From positions 124,001 to 188,000 of the forward strand of contig MCFH01000014.1 in assembly GCA_002104945.1 (NCBI GenBank): DNA of 64,000 nt, given 5' to 3'. Shown one piece after another: positions 1 to 11,566 of this stretch; position 1 is the first letter of the stretch, and each line of letters begins with the position of its first letter. The stretch comes from Piromyces finnis finn. Lineage: Eukaryota; Fungi; Neocallimastigomycota. The notes below the pieces were generated by a model, which saw nothing but the letters and a program-made list of their open reading frames with translations, searched no databases and was not told where the DNA came from. The position numbers and the translations under genes are program-made.

Positions 1-884
1 AAAATTTATATATGTTGTGTAACTGGCCGTCCAATTTCATTTTTAATACATATAAATTAAAATTGATTGGTAGTAAATTATGTTTCAAAGTTAAAACTTT
101 TTTGTACTACAATAGTAATATAACATCATCATGGAAATACCAATAGATTTTCTTTTTAAATATATATAATTATATATCAACATTTTTTTAATACAAAATT
201 TTTCCATTTTTTTTAAAAAGAAAACAAAATAAAAAAAAAATTTAAAATTAATAAAAAATGGATATTAAATTAAATTAAATTTAATTTAATTCATTTAATT
301 ATTAATAAAAAAAGTTTATATTTTTTTTAAAGTTTTATTTCTATACAAAAAAAAAAAAAGTAGCAAGCTAGGTAGCAGCAGCAGTTAAAAAAAGTTTTCT
401 TTTTTTTTTTTTTGGTTTACTTTTATATCTATTTTATTTCGTCTATTTTTTTTATTCTTTATAGGATTTTTTTTTATAAAAATGAATTCTATTTATATAA
501 AAGATATACAAAAGCTTTTTTTTTTTTTTTTATAATGTATATTTAAATTATTTAAATAATTAATGTATTAATAAATAAAAAAGATTGCTTTTTTTTTCTT
601 TTTTATATATAATTATTGTTTCTTAAATTATTGAATTGTTTAATGAATAATAATCCATAGCTTTAAACTATTACTGAGAATAATGACATAAAATTATGCC
701 TCTTTTTTTTGTGTGTGTGTGTATGTGTGTGTTATTTTATCTAATATTGTTTCAACTATAAAAATGAAATATAATATAAAAAGAAATATATAATTAATAA
801 TTATTTTCAATCAAGTTAAGTTTTTAAACTATTTTAATTTTTTTTTTTTTTTTACTATTATTGTTATTTTTTAATGTTATATTT

Positions 885-2094
885 TTAATGACTTACTTGA
901 TTAAAGTATTTATCTGAATTTTTTAATGTTCCATAAGGACTATAATTAATTGATTCAGTACCACTACCATTCATTCTAATTATTGGTTCTTGAGATAAGG
1001 TAAATCTACTAGATTCTTCAGAACTTCCATTATAAAAGGTATATTGGTTATTACTATATTGACTACTGTATGGTGGATTGCTACTAATTTTATAATTTCC
1101 TTGAGACATTGTATTAGTATCACCAGTTTTCTTGTAATATTGATTTGAACTATTTCCGGTATTTCCAATAAATCCCATTTTTTCTTTTAAATCAATACGA
1201 ATAAATAATAAATCTAAAAGGAAAATTAAACCTAACGCTGCTTTGGCCCTCCATACAGTATTTTTTATACCCTTTAAAATAGGTGGAGCATATAAGAAAC
1301 ATACAATAGAACTTGCAAAGTAAATTAACGCAACTATTTTTATTTATTTTTTTTTTAAAAAAAAAAAAAAGAAAATATATACTATTATTAGTAAATCGAT
1401 CCAACAAAGAGTCAAAATCTAATTTTAAAAAAAAAAAAAAAAAATTGATATTCTTACCTAAAAACATTCTTGTTAGTGTACTAGTCAACATAGTAGAAAC
1501 AATATCTTTACTCATACTATTGTTATTGGATTGTTCAATAAATGTTTTTATAATTAAATACATAAATACCACTTCAACTAATGCTAATGGAAGAAACGTT
1601 AAACCTTGTAAATGTGATCCTGCACTACTGGTTCTACCTGCAACATTAGCCGCTGCAATGATAAATCTTACAATAATATTATAGACAAATAATCCTTTCA
1701 TAATATAATCCCAATATTTCTTTTTAAGTGCATTTACTACTGTTTGTAATTTTATATATGAAATATAAACATAGCCATATTCATTTAAATGCCAAAAGAT
1801 AGCTTCAAGCCATTTAATTTGTAAAACATAATCAAGTGTAAAGTATAATTTAAAAGTATCGAATAAACTTGTTAATGAAACAGCAATGAAACCATAAAAA
1901 GTAACACTTAATAAGTTTTTCCAAAGTTTTCCTTCCCCAATAACAATGTAGGTATATAATACTAAAATAAAACTTAAACTTGGACCATAATATTGTGTTT
2001 TATTAACATGGTCTAATATATCAGTGGTAACATTTAAAAATACTTCATATCCACTTCCCGTTAATTCTTTTTCTTTTATACTTGCTCCAAACAT
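885..2094 (-). CDS. 7TM GPCR-like membrane protein, paralog A (exon 1 2094-1458, exon 2 1333-897; probably a short further 3' exon, not located)
   Basis: Splicing at TTAG|GTAAG (1457) and AAATAG|TT (1334) joins the 1192..2094 ORF to the 885..1178 ORF in frame. The product has seven hydrophobic segments, N-terminal NVT/NKT sequons and a Ser/Asn/Tyr-rich tail. A second donor CAA|GTAAGT lies at 896. Confidence 0.75.
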
Positions 2095-3335
2095 TTTTTT
2101 TTTCTATATTTTGTTTTTTTTTTATATTTATATTATTATCTTTTTTTTTTTTTACTTTGTTTTTAAATAACTTTTTTTTTTTTTGTTTCTTTATAATTTA
2201 CAAAATAATTATTTATTATTATATATTACAAATAATTCAATTTTCTATTAAAAAATAGTAATTTTTAATTATTTTTTAATAGTTTTTAGTGTTTTTTTTT
2301 TTCTAAAGTTTTTATCTATTTTAATTGCGAAAAAAAAAAAAAAAAGAAAAAAAAAAAGAGGTAAACGATTTAAATATTTATACTTTTTTAATTTTCTTTT
2401 TTTTTTTGTTTCAATATGAACAATTAGTTTAATTAAAATTTTTATTTTCTATAAATTAAAAAAAAAAAAAAAAGATGAATAAAAATTTATATATGGTAAA
2501 AAACAATAATATATGGATAGAAGTTATTTTTACATCAATCTTATTGGTTTAAATATTAATAATAAATGTATTACCAAATTTTATTATTTTATCAATTCAT
2601 AATTATTAATCATTTTTTAATATAACTAAATTATATTAAAAAAATGTATAACTAATTTTATTTATTATAAAAAATAAATTAATTTTTTTTAATATATTAT
2701 GTTTATTTTGGAGACATATAAAACTTTTTATCTTTATTACATTTACATAGTTCAAATACATTATTTTATTATCATAAATTATATAATATCACATTATTAT
2801 TATAAGCCACATAATGTTAGATGTTGATGTTGTGACTAAGAAACAGAGAAATACGCTGATACAATACAACACTGAAAATATTACGAAAATTCTTCAATTG
2901 TTAATTATAATTTTACCGGTTGTGATTAATTTTATAATATCTTAAAACTTTTATTACTAACGTCTTATAAACTTAACTATATTTAATTATATTATAAATG
3001 AATTATTTCATTAATTGTGTAATATAATATAAGCCACCTACATCATTATGTGTATATTAATGATTTTAATATGAACTTTATTTTCTAATAATTTTACTAC
3101 ATTAGATTTCCATTTTATTACATTTTGTTTACAAATTAATTCCTATTTGTTTTAGAATTCTTACCATTCAAATGAAAAATTCTATTTGGTTTGTTCAAAA
3201 AGTTTTAAAACTTTATTTATTAATAAAAAAAAAGAGTAAATAAAAAATGACCTCATATAGAACATGATAAAATACTTTTTTAATAGTTGAAGATAATCTA
3301 GTTATAAATTATTAATATTATTATTATTATTATTA

Positions 3336-3366
<31 letters not shown>

Positions 3367-3955
3367 TTTATTTATCTTATTTTTTGTTTATTTTTTTCAT
3401 ATTTATTGTAGGTAATATAATCTAGAAAATAACGATAATGTTATAGTATGATATATATATATATATATATACAATTGATTGATGGGAGAATAGCACTCGG
3501 TAGTTAAAAATAAAAAAGAATATATACAATTGAATAAATAGTAACAGGGGCTAAACCCAATATAAAAAAAAATGTATTAATACACCTTCGTGCATAAAAT
3601 ACTTTTTTTATTAATATAGAATACAGGAGAATAAAATCCATCTATTTTACAAATAACAAATAAAACAAATTTAATTTGAATGAATTATAAATCTAACGTA
3701 GAGTTTTTTTTTTTTTAACGGCATCAAATATTTTAAACTTTATTATTAATTTAATTAAAATTATAATACATGAAATATAAAAATTAAAATAAAATAAAAA
3801 TAAAAAAAAATATGTTTAAATAAACACAAATGAATAAAAACTGGGTATAATGTATTCTAGTAATTTTAATTAAAGTAAGAAAGCCACTATCATACTAAAG
3901 TATAATAATTGTATTTGACTTCCAATGGGACACCGAGCCAAAGATCAAAATTTTA

Positions 3956-6900
3956 TCATGGGACAAAATTATGATCTCCATTGGTTGCGCTGGCCCTCCT
4001 GGCCTGTCTTACTGTTTCTTCAGCATTGACGCTCTTGGATGTTGCTTCAAACCTTTTGAACATTGACCATTGCTGGCCAATAGCAAAAGGCATGATTTTG
4101 GTTAGAAGTTCCGCGGTTACCGTCAAGAATGGTGTTCCTTCGTTAGTACCAGATTGAATCTGACGCTTACAAAGTTCTTTCCATTCCCTTGAATTGTAAT
4201 TGATATTGTTAAAACTTCTTCCCCCAAGAAGGAATTTAAATATTTTACTGCACACACTAGAATAATCATACACATTAATATTCACCGGATTATTAGAACT
4301 ATTACTATCATTAACTAAATTACTATCTAAATTAGAATTATTATCTTCACTATTGCTATCATTACTAATATTATTATTTCTATTATTGTTATTATTACTA
4401 TTGTTATTATTACTATTTCTATTACTACTATTGTTATTATTACTATTGTTACTATTACTATTGTTATTACTACTATTGTTACTATTACTATTAATGTTAT
4501 TACTATCTCTACTGATATTATCAATTTCATTATTATTGATAGGACTATTGGAATTACGTTGACTGAAAAAATTTAATAGCTGGACTATGGAATCATAATG
4601 TTTAATACGGATATCTCTAAATGTTGGACAATCTAATAACCAATGTTTAATACTTTGATCTCCACACTTGCAACATGGACAGTAGTTAGGACAAACTGGA
4701 TCAACAAATTTGGCAGCTTTGGCAACTCTAGCATCCAACTTGTATCCGCTTCTTGCTTTCAATAGCCAGTATAAGCCATAGGCAAACTCTGGGTATTCAT
4801 AACATAATTTAATAAAATCTTTAGTTTCAATAAATTTATTATCATCATAATATTGCGCTTTGATTGAATTCCCTTTGAGATCTTTCCAATAAAAGTTTTT
4901 AACTGCTTTAACATCTCCATGTTTCTTTAGTTTTTTATCAAGTGTCCTACTTGATTTGCACCACGTGTATTTTCTAAATTTAGGAATGTAATTGACAAGG
5001 TATGAGATAATACAATTTGAGTTTTTCCATTTGTTAAAACATCTAACCTGAGCTAATGCACATTTGGCTGACAATGGAGGAATATTCAAATCTTTTGAAA
5101 TAGAGTATAAAGAAATAAACGATACAGCTTTATGAACTCCGGCAACCCATCGTATTCCTTTGTTAACATGCTTCTGAGCAATTCTAGACCTGGCTTTGTT
5201 GGATCCAAGTAATGGTGCAAAGTATGAAACTCTGCTAATCACTTGTGAGTTAAGTACTAGCTTTTTGAAGGGAATAGGAATATTAGGATTTCTTAAGAAT
5301 TTACTGACTGAAAAAAGTCCTTTCAAAACCTTGTTATTAAGAGCTTTAATAACTGGTTTAAGGGACAGATTCTTATCAAATGGAACACCAAGATAAGTAT
5401 AACAATCAGTAGTTGGAATGGGTTGTCCTGCTAAGTAAAATGTTGGATCTCTCTTGTTCTGATTTTCTATTGATTCAGGACGAATCACCATCGTTGAACA
5501 TTTCTGGATACCAAATTCCATTTCATTATACAAGGCCCATTCATTAACTCTTCTAAGCATCTTTTTTAAGTATCCTCTTGTTGGAGCACAAATAACTATA
5601 TCATCTGCAAAAAGTCCACCACAGCATCGAGTGTCACCTAAACTGACTCCTAGATCTTCGCACTCTTTAAATATATCATTAATAAAGAGATTAAAGAGAA
5701 TAGGAGAAAGAGGGCAACCTTGACGGACTCCTTTCTTCACATCAAAAGATTTCGAGAATTGTCCATTTAATTTGACATTAGCCTTAGATGTTAAATATAA
5801 ATTTTTGATGAATTGTAAACTCTTACCTCGGATTCCTAAACAATCTAATTTATGGAGAATATTACCGATTGGGACTGAATCGTATGCTTTCCTGAGATCT
5901 AAAAAGGCCAAATATGTCTCTTTATTATCTAATTGACGTCTACGGCATATTTCTTGGATTGAAATGAAAAGACTGATACTTTCTTCCTTTTTTCGAAAAC
6001 CAAATTGTTCAGGTCTAATGAAATTATTCTTTAAACCATATTCTGAGATTCTAGTGGTGACAATTTTGGAAATCAACTTAATACCATTATTGATAAGTGA
6101 TATACCTCGATAGTTATCACAATCTGTCAAATCTCCCTTCTTAGGAATAGAAACAATACTGGATTCATTCCATGAGTTGGGGAAGTCTCCATCCCAAATA
6201 CGGTTAAATAATTTAAGAATAAAATTTAAACCATGAGCGTCATTATCTGAAGTGGTATTACCGGAAGAATTATTATCTGTAGCATTATTAGAATCATTAC
6301 TTGATGGAATTAATGCTTTGTAAAATTCAATTGGAATACCATCCGGACCTGATGCTTTATAATTCGGAGTAGAGAGGATAGCTGACTTGACTTCATCAAT
6401 ACTAATATCTTGGTTGATATCCCACTCATCAAGCATAGGAAGTGAAAAACGTTTATTCGTTGGTTCTTCATACCAATGCTCCAAATCAAGACTTACACCA
6501 CTTGGATCTGATGCAAGCTTTTCGAAATGATCATGCCACACATCTAGTTGTTCTTCCGTAGCAACAACTAATTCTCCATTTTTGTTTTTAATTGGTTGAG
6601 CAATAAAGAAAGAATCTTTTCCAATTTTTGCAGTTTTCTTGATCCATTTCCAGGCCTTCTTAGGATTATGACTCTTCATATACTCACATCCTGTTTTAAT
6701 CCAATGAAGATATTCTTGCTTCCTAAATTCATTACATCTTTTGTGGATGTAATCAATGAGCTTACGGTAGATTTTAATTCTTTTAATAAATTCATCTATA
6801 TCATAAATTCTTTCTTTTTTAAATCTCTTATACAACTTCATTTTGATTTTTTGGAGATTAAAAATTTGTTGTGAAATATGAAATGAAGACTTTATAACAT

Positions 6901-8509
6901 TATTTGCTGAGGTAATACTGAGCTCGTCTGCAATTGAAAAAGCAGTTGAAGTAAATTCTTTGGAAAGTTCATCTGTAGAAACATTAGGATCGTTGAATTT
7001 TGCTGAAAGAATTTGGAATTTATTATGACTAAGAATAGATTCCTTTTCCTCAATACATTTTAATCTATTCCATTTCAGAATTTTCTTAGGAACGTTAAAG
7101 TCATTAGAAAAATCTTCCATAGGAATAATTTTACCATTAATAAGAAGTGGCTTATGGTCTGATACTGGATAAAAATTATTTATAAATGATCCTGAGTGAA
7201 TAAGATCTTTCATCTTCGAATTGATAAGAGCATGGTCAATGTCGGAAGATTGATCACCTCGAGTCCAAGAGATAGTAGACCCTCTAAGCGGAAGAATTTC
7301 CCAATCTCCTAATCCATTAGTTGATAACCAGTTGGATAATTTTACTTTAGACATATTAAAATCACCAACAAGAATCGATGGATGGGATGAATGAGTTTGT
7401 AACCACAAGCGAACTTCTAACTTTGCATGATCAACATAGATGTTGTGATGACTATGAGGCATATAAACATTTCCAATCGAGCATTTGAATCTATTCCAGA
7501 GACTAAAAGTATAAATAGAAATAATATACTTTCCAGAGAAGTTTTCAAGTGAGGCTTGACACGAATTGTGAAAACCTAAATATAAACCTCTCATTCCAGG
7601 AACTGATTCGTCAGCTTTCTTGAAAAAGTGTCTATAGTTTCGCAAAGTAACACGACAAGGATAATCTGTATTCGATCCAGAACCATTACCAGTTTCTTGG
7701 AAACATAAGAATAATGGTTTGAAAATAGCTGTGAAATAGCTAATACTATCTCTCTTTTCATGATTCCACCCATTGGTGTTCCAACTAAGACAAAAAGAAA
7801 AGTTATCAGGCTTGTTGGATGAGGAAGAATCGTTGCTATTATTATTATTATCAAGGTCATCATTATTAATGGATGATGCATCAGAGGAATAAGTAGAACT
7901 ATTACTAGATGGCTGTGAAACTGAAGAACTATCAACTATTGAACTGTTAGCAGAGTTGATAGAGCTATTAGAACTAATTGTTGAATGTTGAGATTGAAAT
8001 TGTGTTTGCTGTAGATCTGGAATATTTTCATGATTGGAAACTTGTTGAAGATCTTGTTGAAGATCTTGTTGAAGATCGGATTGTTGATGAGATTGTTGAA
8101 CTGATTGTTGAAATGATTGTTGAATAGAATGTTGATGTTTATTAGAAACTAAAATTTTACGTTTGAGAGTGGAAAAAGTGTATTTGTGATTCCTTCTACT
8201 ACGAGCTGAAAAGGAAATTGAGGTAACTGAAAGTTTCTTCTTTAACATGTGTAAGATTTTAATACAATCTTTTGATGAACCATGAACCTTGACTAAGAAA
8301 AAGTGATCATTGAAAGTTTGAAAATATTTAACACTAATAACTGAATTAAATTTATCTTCTAGAATAACCTCGAGTTTTTCCCATAGCATATTTACTGACC
8401 ATGATCGAATACCACGGATAAAGAAGGAGCGAATATCATCTAAGGGGATACCATAAGACCGGGTACCACGTCTGATATAATTCTTATCTTTAATATAAAG
8501 GACTGACAT
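3956..8509 (-). CDS. LINE polyprotein: N-terminal basic/RRM-like region, APE endonuclease, reverse transcriptase, C-terminal CCHC zinc motif
   Basis: APE motifs SWNTNG, FQET, NVYMP, GDFN, IDHAL and SDHKPL. RT motifs PGPDG-like SGPDG, YRGISL, QFGFR, FLDLRKAYDSV, GVRQGCPLSP, FADD and YLG. C-terminal CPCCKCGDQSIKHWLLDC. Asn-rich insertions are in frame. Confidence 0.96.
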   Translation of the reverse strand: MSVLYIKDKNYIRRGTRSYGIPLDDIRSFFIRGIRSWSVNMLWEKLEVILEDKFNSVISVKYFQTFNDHFFLVKVHGSSKDCIKILHMLKKKLSVTSISFSARSRRNHKYTFSTLKRKILVSNKHQHSIQQSFQQSVQQSHQQSDLQQDLQQDLQQVSNHENIPDLQQTQFQSQHSTISSNSSINSANSSIVDSSSVSQPSSNSSTYSSDASSINNDDLDNNNNSNDSSSSNKPDNFSFCLSWNTNGWNHEKRDSISYFTAIFKPLFLCFQETGNGSGSNTDYPCRVTLRNYRHFFKKADESVPGMRGLYLGFHNSCQASLENFSGKYIISIYTFSLWNRFKCSIGNVYMPHSHHNIYVDHAKLEVRLWLQTHSSHPSILVGDFNMSKVKLSNWLSTNGLGDWEILPLRGSTISWTRGDQSSDIDHALINSKMKDLIHSGSFINNFYPVSDHKPLLINGKIIPMEDFSNDFNVPKKILKWNRLKCIEEKESILSHNKFQILSAKFNDPNVSTDELSKEFTSTAFSIADELSITSANNVIKSSFHISQQIFNLQKIKMKLYKRFKKERIYDIDEFIKRIKIYRKLIDYIHKRCNEFRKQEYLHWIKTGCEYMKSHNPKKAWKWIKKTAKIGKDSFFIAQPIKNKNGELVVATEEQLDVWHDHFEKLASDPSGVSLDLEHWYEEPTNKRFSLPMLDEWDINQDISIDEVKSAILSTPNYKASGPDGIPIEFYKALIPSSNDSNNATDNNSSGNTTSDNDAHGLNFILKLFNRIWDGDFPNSWNESSIVSIPKKGDLTDCDNYRGISLINNGIKLISKIVTTRISEYGLKNNFIRPEQFGFRKKEESISLFISIQEICRRRQLDNKETYLAFLDLRKAYDSVPIGNILHKLDCLGIRGKSLQFIKNLYLTSKANVKLNGQFSKSFDVKKGVRQGCPLSPILFNLFINDIFKECEDLGVSLGDTRCCGGLFADDIVICAPTRGYLKKMLRRVNEWALYNEMEFGIQKCSTMVIRPESIENQNKRDPTFYLAGQPIPTTDCYTYLGVPFDKNLSLKPVIKALNNKVLKGLFSVSKFLRNPNIPIPFKKLVLNSQVISRVSYFAPLLGSNKARSRIAQKHVNKGIRWVAGVHKAVSFISLYSISKDLNIPPLSAKCALAQVRCFNKWKNSNCIISYLVNYIPKFRKYTWCKSSRTLDKKLKKHGDVKAVKNFYWKDLKGNSIKAQYYDDNKFIETKDFIKLCYEYPEFAYGLYWLLKARSGYKLDARVAKAAKFVDPVCPNYCPCCKCGDQSIKHWLLDCPTFRDIRIKHYDSIVQLLNFFSQRNSNSPINNNEIDNISRDSNNINSNSNNSSNNNSNSNNSNNNNSSNRNSNNNNSNNNNNRNNNISNDSNSEDNNSNLDSNLVNDSNSSNNPVNINVYDYSSVCSKIFKFLLGGRSFNNINYNSREWKELCKRQIQSGTNEGTPFLTVTAELLTKIMPFAIGQQWSMFKRFEATSKSVNAEETVRQARRASATNGDHNFVP

Positions 8510-9152
8510 GATAATAAATTCTAATTAAAAAATATTGAATATAAAATAAATACTAATAAAAATTATAAATATAACGTATATGGAAAAAATCTGTCTCTCT
8601 CTCTCTTCTTAAAAGTACTGGATAGTACAAAAATTGTTACGATGCTTTGTTTAAAGTTTCTTTTTTTTGAATTCTAGTTGTAAATTTTCTTTAAAAATTC
8701 TAGTTTTGGTTTGTTGTTAGTAAATTCGATTCGCTTTTTGACACTAAACTTGTTTGACTTTACTTTTCATTAAATATTTAAATTTGTAAAAATTTGAATC
8801 AAGAATGTCAACACCAGAAAGCTTGTGAATAGTATTTTTACATGATGTAGAGTGAATCAGTCTCTTACAAGAAACAATACAACAATAGCTACATGAATAT
8901 AAAAGTACAATGCAAATGCTAAAGTTGACTACATTGGATTCTTACAAGAGAAGAGTAGTACTACATGAATACATGAATAAAAGAAAAAATACAGCAACAA
9001 AATGTATTACTCTTCTAATTAAATATTATACAAACTTACCTGAAAAATCAAACATTCACTTATTCATCAAATACTTAAATTTGATGAATAAAATGTTTTT
9101 TAATCGCACAGTACCATGAGCTTAGTCCTAATAATTTTCCCTTGAAGACTAA

Positions 9153-9398
9153 CCAAGCATCCATTGCGCAATGCTTGGATTTAATTCTTTCTACTCTCTC
9201 AGTACCATGAGCATGAGTAGACCCCCTTGAGAAATTACATTTATTAAATAAATGAAGGCACATTCCTAAGAGGGCACCAAGCATCCATTGCGCAATACTT
9301 GGATTTAATTCTTTCTACTCTCTCAGTACCATGAGCATGAGTAGACCCCCTTGAGAAACTACATTTATTAAATAAATGAAGGCACGTTCCCAAGAGGG
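9153..9398 (-). repeat. Two tandem 124-bp monomers at the extreme 5' end of the LINE (plus a partial third motif copy at 9109-9121)
   Basis: 9153-9276 and 9277-9398 differ at only four positions (9173/9297, 9235/9359, 9262/9386, 9267/9391). The motif CAGTACCATGAGC recurs three times. Confidence 0.95.
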
Positions 9399-9968
9399 AT
9401 CTAACGTAGAGTGGTTTTTTATTTATTATGAAAATAGGGATAAATATATATATACACCTATTTTACCTAATTTTAAAATTATAATCAATATATCCATAAA
9501 ATGAAAAGTTGGTCTACTTTTTGTTTTTATGTATGTATTTACTTTATTTCTTGTTTGTATTTATACAATATTTATATATATATATATATATATTATATTA
9601 TTAATTATCTTTATTATATTACTATATATATTTTTTAATTCATATAAAGATTCTATTCTAATAATAAATTTCAAAGTGGTAATAAAAAGAAAAATCTATT
9701 CATACTGAAATTAAAAAAATCATTATTTTATGTTTATTAATAAATAAATATAAATAAAAAAAAAAAAGTTGTTGTTATGTATTATTAAGTTATATTATTA
9801 ATAAATAAAATAGGATGCTTTTTTTTTTTTATAAAGTTTTTATCATTCTAGTATTTTTTTTTTTTTTTTTTATTTTCTTCCACTTTTTTTTTTTCTTTAT
9901 TTATCCTTGTCCCCATCACACCTAACTAGTTTTTTAATATTGATTATACTTTATACAAAAAAAAAAAA

Positions 9969-11321
9969 TTATTTTATTAATATTTGATGATAATTTTTAT
10001 TAAAAGAACTTTTTTTAAAAAAAAAAAAAATACTTACTTTATTAATATATTTGTCACCATCTAGTGGTTCATAAGGATTATAATTAGTTTTGACATTATT
10101 CATTCGTATTACAATGGGTTCTTGAGATAAATTGAATTTACTTGTTTCTTCTGAACTTCCATTAAAGAATGTATATTGACTTCCTTTATAATTTCTACTA
10201 ATACTATTATAAGTGCTAGAATAATTTTTACTGGAATTTTTATATTTACTATAATTTCCTAGTGACATATTATTATTACTATCAGTTGATTTTTTATATT
10301 GATTCGAACTATTTCCTGTATTATTTCCATTATATCCCATTTTTTCTTTTAAATCAATACGAATAAATAATAAATCTAAAAGGAAAATTAAACCTAACGC
10401 TGCTTTGGCTCTCCATACAGTATTTTTTATACCCTTTAAAATAGGTGGAGCATATAAGAAACATACAATAGAACTTACAAAGTAAATTAATGCAACTATT
10501 TTTATTTATTATATTATATGTATGTAGTATGCACATATTTTTTTTTTAAAAAAAAAAAAGGGAAAATAACAGAGAAAATATGGATAAAAATATATTTAAT
10601 TAATAATATATAGATCATTAGTAAATAAATATATAGATATTATATATTAAATTATTCTATTGATAACTAAAATATTATTATTACCTAAAAACATTCTAGT
10701 TAAAGAACTAGTCAACATAGTAGAAACAATATCTTTACTCATACTATTGTTATTGGATTGTTCAATAAATGTTTTTATAATTAAATACATAAATACCACT
10801 TCAACTAATGCTAATGGAAGAAACGTTAAACCTTGTAAATGTGATCCTGCACTACTGGTTCTACCTGCAACATTAGCCGCTGCAATGATAAATCTTACAA
10901 TAATATTATAGACAAATAATCCTTTCATAATATAATCCCAATATTTCTTTTTAAGTGCATTTACTACTGTTTGTAATTTTATATATGAAATATAAACATA
11001 GCCATATTCATTTAAATGCCAAAAGATAGCTTCAAGCCATTTAATTTGTAAAACATAATCAAGTGTAAAGTATAATTTAAAAGTATCGAATAAACTTGTT
11101 AATGAAACAGCAATGAAACCATAAAAAGTAACACTTAATAAGTTTTTCCAAAGTTTTCCTTCCCCAATAACAATGTAGGTATATAATACTAAAATAAAAC
11201 TTAAACTTGGACCATAATATTGTGTTTTATTAACATGGTCTAATATATCAGTGGTAACATTTAAAAATACTTCATATCCACTTCCCGTTAATTCTTTTTC
11301 TTTTATACTTGCTCCAAACAT
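9969..11321 (-). CDS. 7TM GPCR-like membrane protein, paralog B (exon 1 11321-10685, exon 2 10495-10038; last exon not located)
   Basis: Same intron position and phase as paralog A (donor 10684, acceptor 10496). Exon 1 is essentially identical to A, the C-terminal tail is diverged, and a donor AAA|GTAAGT lies at 10037. Confidence 0.75.
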
Positions 11322-11526
11322 TTTTTTTTTCTATATTTTGTTTTTTTTTATATTTATATTATTATCTTTTTTTTTTTTTACTTTTTTTTATATAATAATT
11401 TATTGTTTATTAGTTATTAACTAGGGTTATTTATTTTTTTACATAAATTATACACTTTTTTCTTTCTTCTTTATTTTTTAGGTTTTTATTATTTTTGTTG
11501 AACTTTTGAAACTTTTTTTACAGGGT

Positions 11527-11566
11527 GAAAAGTAGTAATATTTATAGAAAAGTAGTAATATTTATA
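11527..11566. repeat. 20-bp direct tandem repeat x2 about 200 bp upstream of paralog B
   Basis: GAAAAGTAGTAATATTTATA occurs twice in tandem. Confidence 0.8.

Larger units (their letters stand above)
3705..9398 (-). mobile_element. Full-length non-LTR retrotransposon (LINE), single ORF, APE-type; clade not determined
   Basis: 14-bp TSD ATCTAACGTAGAGT at 3691-3704 and 9399-9412. Poly(A) tail (T-run 3704-3716 on +), ~240-nt 3' UTR, ~890-nt 5' UTR and an intact 1517-aa ORF. Confidence 0.97.

Noticed and set aside
1192-1457. 3' part of the 300-aa ORF 1192..2094 and ORF 10354..10536
   Set aside because: These read through intron 1 into the wrong frame of exon 2. The spliced model fits both paralogs.
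4327-4562. Poly-Leu and Ile/Val-rich ORFs
   Set aside because: Alternative-frame shadows of the Asn-rich trinucleotide tract in the LINE ORF.
9318-9335. Hammerhead ribozyme in the LINE 5' monomer (CUGAGAGA...GAAA)
   Set aside because: The core is not CUGANGA, and there is no stem II between it and GAAA.
9153-9398. CRISPR-like array
   Set aside because: The units are contiguous 124-bp tandem copies with no unique spacers, the context is eukaryotic, and no cas genes are present.
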